Positions 46,847 to 64,000 of a stretch of 64,000 nt of DNA are shown one piece after another. The stretch lies in the NCBI RefSeq assembly GCF_009914755.1, contig NC_060933.1; one strand, given 5' to 3'. Below the pieces are notes generated by a model. That model made no database searches, was not told the DNA's origin, and saw nothing but the letters and a program-made list of their open reading frames with translations. Made by a program: the position numbers and the translations under genes. Origin of the DNA: the human T2T-CHM13v2.0 reference genome, Homo sapiens. Position 1 is the stretch's first letter. The number at the start of each line of letters is the position of its first letter.

Positions 46847-48512
46847 CTTGAGTTTGAAACTATTGCATCCCAGTTTCAGTAAGGTTCCCTCTGCCTGCAA
46901 CATGTCCCACTTCCTTTGCCCAACTTCACCTGCATCACACCTCTCATCCTTGGGGTGTCAGCTTAGGAATGATCCCTTTGGGAAGCCTTCTCTGATTCCC
47001 ACTTGTCTGAGTGAGATCTGTTTTCTATTTGCTTCCTCACATCCTGAGGTTTTTCTACCAAAATACTTATCAAACTATATTCCAACTCTGATTTAGTTGT
47101 CTTTCCCACTAGACTTGAATTTCCACAAAAGCAAAGACGAGGTCTAGCTTGCTCATCCTGGTACTCCCAGTGCTTTCAAGGGTGCTTGTGTTCATCCTTT
47201 TATTTGTAGAATGACTATTATGTTGGAACTAATATGAATGGGCTAACAAATTCCAAGATGGAAATGAAAATCATAGAAGGGACTCAGGGAGCATCTAGTC
47301 TTATCCCTTCATTTTACAGATGAGGAAACCGAGGCTTAGAGAGGGTACCTCTCCTTAGAGAGGAAACCGAGGCTTAGAGAGGCTTAGAGAGGCTAGAGCC
47401 TGTCAGTGGCAGAGCTGGAATTAGCGAGTTATAATGGGGACTTTCTGGGCTTTATTTGCTGTCTGATTTGTCTAAGGAATAAAGGTGTCTTAGGTTCTTG
47501 TGACTCAAAGTGTGGACGGCAGACCATCAGCATTAACCGCACCTGGGAATATGTTAAACTCTCAGGACTTACCCTAGACCAGGAGGGCAGCTATCTAGGC
47601 TTCTAAATCATTACAGTTCCTTGCAGGAAAGCCATCTGGTCAAGTGGAAAAGAAATCCTAGCCAATGTCTTGTGGCATTAAGTGCAGGCTATAGACCAAA
47701 GGCCAAAAGTGTGGGCCCCTCACCTCTCAAAGTTCAGACAGTTTCGAAGTCCAGGGCCTGGCCTGATGGAGGATGATGGCCAAGATTCAGGTGAGCTGAC
47801 TCAGTGAATAAAGAGGCCTCGAATAAAGAGGACCTCCTGGAAGCACGGCAAAAGCTGACTAGCACGCCTGATGCTGCACATTGTAGCATCCAACCTTGCA
47901 GCTATTACACTAAACAAATATTTTTATAAATGTATATTTATTTATACAAAGAATTCCACCCACACTGCTCAAGGTGGTGGTGAAAGTAATATACGCGTAC
48001 CTGCTAGTGGCATTGTAAACTGCAGCCTGTTTGGAAAACACTACAACATGTAATAACAACTATAAAGTGATTTATCTCCTCAGACCAAGGAATGCCACTC
48101 ATAGGAAACCATCCTAAGGAGATAATTCAACACAAGTGAAAAGCCACATGCATGAGATGTTTATTAAAGTTAAAAGTGGAAAATACTAAATCAAAAGGGA
48201 ATGGTTGAGCAAATTATGACATGGTATCTTCATGAAGACCATTCAACTTTAATTATAATATAATTAATATGTCCCACTTCACCTGCTTGGGGTACAATAG
48301 TGATGAAGAACATGATCTGTGGGTTTTCAGTTCTGACTCTACCATTTACTGTGTTACCTTGGACAAGTTTACTTAGCTGTTCTATGCCTCAGTTTCCTTA
48401 TCTGTAAAATGGGGATAATAGCAATACCTATTTTATAGGATTGTTGTGAGGATTAAATTATTTAATTACGTTCATTAAAGTGCCTGGAATAGTGCTTCTC
48501 TATAAATTTATA

Positions 48513-50755
<2,243 letters not shown>

Positions 50756-51149
50756 GTTATAGACTTTTTGCCATTTTAAAAAGCTAACTCCACCTGCAAA
50801 AATTAACTTCCTCTAAAGTCCAATAGTTCTCAGCCTTGGGTGCACATGAGGATCATCTTGAGGAGCTTTTAAAAGATACCCAATGCCAGGGCTCCATCAC
50901 AGATGAAGTAAATCAGATTCTCTAAGAGCTGGGCCCAGGGAGTGGTATTTTAAAAGAGTCCTCCCATTGGTTTTATGTGCAACCAGGATTGGGAAACAAC
51001 TTCATGGAGAATCTTGGCCTGCCACTCTCCCTCTTCAGGAGAACCTAGCTGACCTATATTCTGCAGCCTCCTGCTAATTAACTCAAGCGTTTCCCTCTGT
51101 GTTCAGGAAGGGTCTAGCAAGATGACTTTTTCTCTAGTCGTTTTTGCAA

Positions 51150-54130
<2,981 letters not shown>

Positions 54131-54619
54131 AAAAATTCAAATCTCTGTGTGTGTGTAACAGCCTTTCCTTTTCCTTCTCCTCCTCCTCCTTCTTCCTTGT
54201 GTGTGTGTGTATGTGCACCTCTAGAGTCTGAAAGTATTAGTTGTACATATCTAATCATCTTAATTCTACTTCCTTGTGTGTTAATTTTCTTTCTTGATAC
54301 TGGTGCTCTTCTCTGATGTTGGCTTTCCTTAAATATTTGGCTACTCTTGGCTGCCTACTCTTCTTTGACTTTAGAAATCTCTGTTAAGCTTATCATGGTT
54401 GTAGATATGGTCCAAGTAAGTGCCTCCCATCATCGTGGGGGAAGGACAGGCTGTATGTTGGTAGTTGTTCTCTGGTGTGAGGATTCCTTGTCTTCCACCC
54501 CTTGAATTTGCTAGGAACCTGGGACTTCAGTATCTATACTCAGCACTTCCACCTGGGAGAGATGCTGCTCTCTGTCTCTCATGACACATGAAGGAGGGAG
54601 AAGGGCTGCAGGTCCAGCA

Positions 54620-54815
54620 GCTTCTCAAAGTGGTTCTGAAATCTTGGTCTCTCAATCAGCTGCATCAGCACCATCAGGGAACTTATTAGAAATGCAAATT
54701 CTCAGGCTCCACCACAGACCAGCTAGATCAGAAACTCTGGGCTGGGGCACAGCAATCTGTGCTTTAACCATCCCTTCAGGTGATACTGATGCCCACTCAA
54801 GTCTGAGAACCACTG
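54620..54815 (+). mobile_element. MER5A DNA transposon
   Basis: ttctcaaagtgg ... ttagaaatgcaaattctcaggc ... tgagaaccactg. Confidence 0.8.
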
Positions 54816-55029
54816 TCCGAGAGAGTCGCCCCAGTTAATTTCCTGGAAAATCACTCCTCCTCCTTAATCCTTTTTCACAGCAGGAATTCTTGTGAGTATT
54901 TCCAGCAAAGGCTCCTTTATTCCTGTTTCTCCTTCAGTCCATTCCTATCTGTTCTCTATCACTCAGAAACTCCTCATCATTTCTGGTGGGTTGCTAGCAA
55001 TTGCTCTTGCTTTCTAGGCTTCTAATGAA

Positions 55030-56580
55030 TTAAAACTTTTTTTAATTGGCAAAATACACGTAATATAAAGTTTACCACCTTAAGCATTTATGTGTACAGT
55101 TTAATAGTGTCAAGCGCATTCACATTGTTGTGCAACCATCACCAATAACCATCCACAGAACCTTCATCTTGCAAAACTGAAACTGTATACCTATTAAACA
55201 ACAACACATCATCTAACAGATTTTTAAAAAACATATGAAATGGAATGCGTTGGGGGTGGGGATTTAAAGTTACTAGATGCATATGCTCTGCATACCATCT
55301 TTTCTTATTTATTTATTTATTTATTGTAGAGACGGGCATCTCACTATGTTGCTCAGGCTGGTCTTGAACTCCTGGCCTCAAGCATTCCTCCTGCCTCAGC
55401 CTCCCAAAGCACTGGGATTACAGGTGCGAGCCACCATGTCTAGCACATCTTTCCTTATTTTATTGTGGCAAAATATTAATAACATAACATTACTAGTATA
55501 ACTATTTGTAAGTTATAGTCCAATGGCATTGAGTTCATTCATTTTGTGGTGCCACCATCACCACTAACCACTACCCATCTCCAGAACTTTATCATCCCAA
55601 ACTAAAATTCTGTACCCATTAAACAACATTTCCTCATTCCCCCACTTCCATCAACCCTTGGCAACCACCATTCTATCTTCTGTCTCCCTGAACTTGACCA
55701 CTCACATAAGTGGAATCATATTTGTCCTTTTGTGATTGCCTTATTTAACTTAGCATGTTTTCAAGGTTCATCCATGTTGAAGCATGTGTCAGAATTTCCT
55801 TCCTTTTTAAGGCTGAATACTATTCCATTTATGAATATACCATATTGTGTTATTTATTCATCTGTTGGTAGGCACTCGGGTTGCTTCTATTTTTGGGGTA
55901 TTGTGAATGGTGCTGCTATGAACATGTTGTATCCATATATCTTTCTGCTTTCAATTCTTTTGGGAGTATAACCAAAAGTGGAATTGTTGGATCATATGGC
56001 AATTCTGTTTTTAATTCCTTGAGGGAGTGCTATACTATGTTCCATTGCAGCTGCATCATTTTACATTCCCACCAGCAGTGCACAGGGGTTCTCATTTCTC
56101 CACATCCTTTTCCTAACATATGTCATTTTCTGGGTTTAAAACAAATAATATCCATTCTAATGGGTGTGAAGTGATATCTCATTGTGGTTTTGATTTGCAT
56201 TTTCCCAGTAATTAGTAATGTTTAGCAACTTTTCATGTCCTTATTGGCTATTGATATATCTTCTTTAGAGAAGTGTCTATTCTAGTACTTTGCCTATTTT
56301 TGAATTGGGTTGTTTTGTTGTTGTTGTTGAGTTTTATGGGTTCTCTATAAATTCTGGATATTAATGCCTTATCAGATATGTGATTTGCAGATATTTTATC
56401 CCATTCTCTGAGTTGCCTTTTTACTCTGTTGAAAGTGTCTTTTAATGCACCAAAGTTTTTCATTTTGACAAAGCCCAATTTGTCTATTTTGGCTTTTGTT
56501 GCCTGTGCCTTTTATGTCTTATCCAAGAAACCATTGCCAAATCCAATGTCATGAAGCTTTTCTCCAAAGTTTTCTTCTGT
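55030..56580 (-). mobile_element. L1MB-like 3' fragments with an Alu monomer (~55305-55445)
   Basis: L1M 3' UTR motifs (cacattgttgtgcaaccatcacc, ttacattcccaccagcagtg, gtgtgaagtgatatctcattgtgg). Confidence 0.8.
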
Positions 56581-57799
56581 AGATGTCATCTCGATCTAAC
56601 CCCTAACAGCAGTTTTCAATTGTCCACTAGTTATATCTCAATAATATCTAGCTTTTCCCACCCCCATTCTGCCCCTACCATAACATGAATGTTGAAAACC
56701 TGGCAATTTTGCTGTCAGCTCAGAGTATAGATAGGGTGCTCTCTGATGAAGGGCTAAGACAAGCTGGACTAAGGTCAGAAATCTGGATGGCCTTGATCTT
56801 ATTAACCCTGATCATGCCAAAAGCGTCCTGGGAATAGCAGAATAGGCAAAACTGTTGGAATCAGTTGGTTCTTGCTCAAAATCTTGGTTTACACCCACTC
56901 GCTGCCACTATTAGCTGGGGGGTCTTGGGCAAGTTCTGTAACCTCTTTGGGCTTCAGTTTTGGTTTTATTTTTAATCTTTAAAATGAGAATAATAACACC
57001 TACCTTCAGGTGTAGTTTTGAGAATGAGATAATGTATGGTCAGGCTCCTAGAAGCTGGGAGCTCTACTTATATTAATTACATCATGTGAGATATGGTTGT
57101 TACCCAGTACATCCCCTCTGCTTGGCCTCTAGCCTGTGAGCATCTCCCCAGGCTAGGCTGGTACATCTTCATCTCTGGATCCCAACACTTGATTCTCAGT
57201 CTGGCACATGGTAGGACCTCACTAGACATTTGCCAAGTGATTGACTTGGAGGTTAAAAAAAAAATCCCTTGCATTCTGCCTGAAAGCCACATCACTGTAA
57301 TGGGACACAGGTTTGGAGTTGTGAGTATGAGAACTCAATTGAAATGTGTTCTACCTCTTTGAATGTATTTCGTTCCACATTATGGATACCAAAGAATGCC
57401 TGAGTTTTCCTCTTTCCTCTTCATTTCTGCTGTTAATTTTCACTTTCCAAATGAATGAGTCTTATGTGTAAGAATTTTAGAAGGGATTTTGGTGGGAGTG
57501 AAACTGGGTGACCAAATGTTCCGATCTTAGCACTGAAAGTCCAGAAAACCCCTCAGTCCTGGGCTTTCTGTCAGTACAGCTGGCCACTCTCAAAAGACAA
57601 ATGGAAGCTGGCTGGCAGATACACTAACTACAAGATGGAGATATTTTGAATCCCCTTTAAAGTTTGATTTGATAGATTCTTAATGGTTCTGGTCAGTTCC
57701 ATTGAATTTGCTACTTCAGGAAGTATGGAACAGATTAGATTTTCATTCTGGTTTCATTCAGATTTTTATTCTCTGTACAAAGTAATCCCATTGGCTCTT

Positions 57800-60301
<2,502 letters not shown>

Positions 60302-60880
60302 CTAAACCTATTTCTGGATTGCATTTTGCTCTAATAAAAAGCAGGCTTACTTCCTTGGTAAAGTATTTGTTCAAAGACAGGTCTTTATGAGCAATCTTTG
60401 GAGGAAGATGAAGTGGGTTAATTTTACTTTAAAAGCTCTGTGGGATGCCAGAGCTGGTAGGATGTGCGAAAAGATGGGCTTATGGTATTTAAAAAATCAG
60501 TTTGAAAAGAATTGTGGTTCGTATTTCTCATCTCAGTTAATATTCCTGAGTTTGAATTTTGTGAAAGATCATTACAACGACTTAACTGAAACATGATCAG
60601 GCAGGTATTTCATATTCTGGTACGTTCTTTATGATCATTCACTGGCCGGCAGACTCCACATATCGTTTCCATGGGTCCAGGAACCTCCCTGCTGTTGTCA
60701 GCCTCCACTCAAAAATTTCAGTGTAAAATATAGACCTGATCCAGTTATGTTCCTGCTTAAAAATCCTTACTAGCTCTCCCACTTCTCCCAGGATAAGTAA
60801 AGTCCAAAGACATTCCAGGCTTGCAAGAGCTGATCTTCAGTTGATCTGATAAGCTTATTTTCTGGCTTTTACACATCCTC

Positions 60881-61178
60881 TTTTTTTTTTCTTTTTTTGA
60901 GACAGAGTTTCTCTCTGTCGCCCAGGCTGGAGTGTAATCACGTGATCTCAGCTCATTGCAGTCTCCGCCTCCAGGTTCAAGTGATTCTGGTGCCTTAGCC
61001 TTCTGAGTAGCTGGGACTATAGGTGCGTGCCACCATGCCCAGCTAATTTTTGGATTTTTACTAGAGATAGGGTTTCACCACGTTGGCCAGGCTGGTCTTG
61101 AACTCCTGGCCTCAAGTGATCTGCTTGCTTCGGCCTCTCAGAGTGCTGAGACTACAGGTGTGAGCCACTGCACCTGGA
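60881..61178 (-). mobile_element. AluS-type
   Basis: Alu consensus. Confidence 0.88.
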
Positions 61179-61224
61179 CATACATTCTCTTTAGAGCCTT
61201 CTACTTCCTCTTTTTCTTTCTTTC

Positions 61225-61800
61225 TCTTTTTAAAATTAAGGTGAAATTCAATAACATAGAATTAACCACTTAAACAGAACAATTTGTGACATTTAGTACA
61301 TTTACAATGTTGTGCAACCGTCACTACTGTCTAGTTGCAGAGCATTTTCACCACCCCAAAAGGAAGCCCTGTACCATGAAGCAGTCACTCCCCATTCTCT
61401 ACTCCCTTAGCCCCTGGCAACCACCAATCTGCTTTCTGTCTCTATGGATTTGCCTATTCTGGATATTTCATATAAATGGAATAATAATAATATTTGACCT
61501 TTTGTCTGGCTTCTTTCACTTAACATAATATTTTCAAGGTTCATCCACATGGTCACATTTATCAGAACTTCATTCCTTTTTATGGCTGAGTAATAGTCTG
61601 CTGTATTGATATATCACACAACTTGTTTATCCATTCATCCATTCATGGACATTGGGTTGTTTCTACCTTTTAGCCGTTGTGAATGGTGTATGCATATCCA
61701 TGTATACCGATCTTCAATCCTTTTGGGTATATACCTACAAATGGAGTTGCTGGGTCACACAGTAATTCTGTTTCACATTTTGAAGAACCATCAAACCATT
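61225..61800 (-). mobile_element. L1MB-like 3' end
   Basis: acatttagtacatttacaatgttgtgcaacc and ggatttgcctattctggatatttcatataaatggaat. Confidence 0.8.
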
Positions 61801-64000
61801 TCCCCTCCTTTCTCTTGTGTTACAATAATAGAGTACATTCAAGACAATTTTTGTCAAAGCGCAATGATACGATGCCTTTAATTATAACAGGCTGTATATG
61901 TATCCAAGGGCAAGGACTGTGCCATCTGTGAATCTCCAGTACATGGCACAGGGCTGCAAAAAGGTGCTCAATAAATGTTTGTGGGATTGGATGGGTTACA
62001 CACAGCTTTATCCTTAGGGAAGATATGGTGTATGTAAGGCTTTGAATATGAGAAGAGCTAAGTGGGGGTAGGGGTAGGTAAGGCAGAAGAGACCCTGCCA
62101 ACTCCTTTGAACAAAGGGAAAGGAAGAAGATATGGTAGAACTAGTTCCCCTTAGACCTGGCTTCTCTTGCTGCCTTGCCTTTGATGAACTTATTGTAAGT
62201 CTCTGGGAAGTTAAATTCCCCTCTGTCAATGAGAAGATTGAATATTTTAGTGATATTCAATTTTTTTGTTTGCTTTAAGTTGTGGAAATATTCCCTGCCC
62301 CTCCCTTCCCCCCACCCCCCAATATGAAGTCGCAAATGAAAGCCCAGTGTGGTTGGAGTGTGCGTTTGAGGGAAGGGAAGGGTGCAGGGCAGGGCATGGA
62401 CCTGGCTCCCTCTCTGTAGCCCCAAGGACCTTGGCAGGACTCCAAGACTCCAAGGTCCTGGCATTTTCTGAGCCTCCATCAATAGCCTACAAAGCCTCTG
62501 TTCTAAAAAGATTAAGAAAGCATTAACAAACACAAGTACACATTATTGTGCAAAAAGTATTTTTCCAAGTAATAGAGGGGTCCTTAAGGATTTACATAGC
62601 AACTTAAACAAGAAAAAAACCAAAGTCTTTCTAAAAAATTATAGTGACTAGTACCCTTGGCTAAAAAGGGAGTTTCCAACCCCCTCCTCAACTTCTTACG
62701 CTTAAAAAGAAAAGATGTAGGGCATATTACTTGAATAGAATTGTCAAACATTTTTATTTTCCTAGCTGAACGGATTCCTGCACCATCAGAGCATTTCCTC
62801 TGAAAATGTCCTGCTCTAAACCAAAGCTGAACATGTGAGTGGGCAGGTCGAGTCTTGTCCATCCATTCCGGGTTTCCTTTTCTTTCTCTCTGTCTGCCTG
62901 ACTCTCTCTCTCCTGGTGAAATGGCTTGAAATTATGACATCTACACTCTACTGTCATGTTGTCTTTTCTTTCTAGTTCTTTACTTCTGAATTAATCTGAA
63001 AGATTGGGGCTTAGCTGAGTCCTCCAGATCACTTCCTGACACGCCAATTGTGTTGGCAAGCCTTACTGGTCCCTCAACAATGATCATTGCTGACACTTGA
63101 CTTCCTTTGGTCCAGTTCAATTCCTTATGTCCACTGAAGCTCATTTGTAGGCAGCACTTCTGAAAATATACTGCCCAAACTTCAAAATCTTCTATTTGTT
63201 CAGGTTGAGAGAAGTTATTCAGGCAATGAGACTGAGAGATGGTTTACACAGATATCTGAATGAGCCAAAACCATGTTGTTCTTATCATTAACGTTCCCAC
63301 TTGCTGTCATAGAAGTGTAGTTTAAGCCATGATAACCACAAACATTATTCATATTCTACCATTAGCCCTCTCATTCACTTTTTGTGAGACTTCCTAAAAT
63401 TCCGGAATTTCTCCTAAAAGGGAGTTCCTATGCAATGGCTGCCTCTTTTTGTATTAGAGCCCTGTTATAACATAGAAAGGAATTACAGTTTTAATATGCT
63501 TCTGATTTTCCTTCCTTAATGTTGGCTTTCACTTCAAAATGGGCATAAATGTAAGCACTGCAATATTTTCATCATTTCTTTAAATGCAGTTTTTGAAAGG
63601 AACTTACAGTTTTCCGGAGGATGCCCACAGGATGATCCCTCTTGCTCCACCATGATACTGTTGGACTACTGGAGAATTGAATGCTGTAATCCTTTACATA
63701 GCACTTAAAAAATAATTTAGAAAAACTAAAGTCTGTCTTGGAAACCTCAGAACTTGTCTCAGAAATCTTGCCTCAATCGGCTTCCAAAGTATAATGTAAC
63801 ATGATTATTTTCCTTTCTGGAAACCTGTGAAACAGGTCTTGGAGCTCCATTTAATGTGTCAGAGTTTTAACTGATTCTTTGCTGTGTCTGTTCACCCCAT
63901 AATAGCAGCGCTAAGCACAGGACGTGTTTTACAGGAATAGTCACCCAGAGCTTAGCTTGTTGTCACATAGCAGGCAGACAATTTCACAATGAAAATAAAT

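Overview
Human (primate) genomic DNA, rich in Alu, L1, MIR, MER and LTR repeats, with no intact protein-coding exon that I can confirm. Three landmarks are recognisable. (1) A CpG-island promoter at ~23.0-24.1 kb with a minus-strand non-coding first exon and splice donor. (2) A 71-nt miRNA hairpin at 36863-36933 matching MIR3927. (3) A full-length, Alu-interrupted processed YBX1 pseudogene at 57800-59860, minus strand. From memory, not from a search, this arrangement fits the 5' end and upstream region of PTPN3 on chr9q31 with MIR3927 and YBX1P6, so bases ~1-23613 would be PTPN3 intron 1. I found no firmly supported new biological system. The most interesting unexplained structures are: a candidate distal coding first exon at ~63.6 kb that could place MIR3927 and YBX1P6 inside an intron; a second CpG island carrying a mirror copy of the promoter-proximal element; several templated-insertion or fold-back scars (14.9, 36.1, 44.2, 47.3 kb); a chimeric trimeric AluS/AluYb8 inside the pseudogene; and repeated reuse of the same L1-endonuclease sites. 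Repeat subfamily names were assigned by eye, and boundaries without a TSD are approximate.
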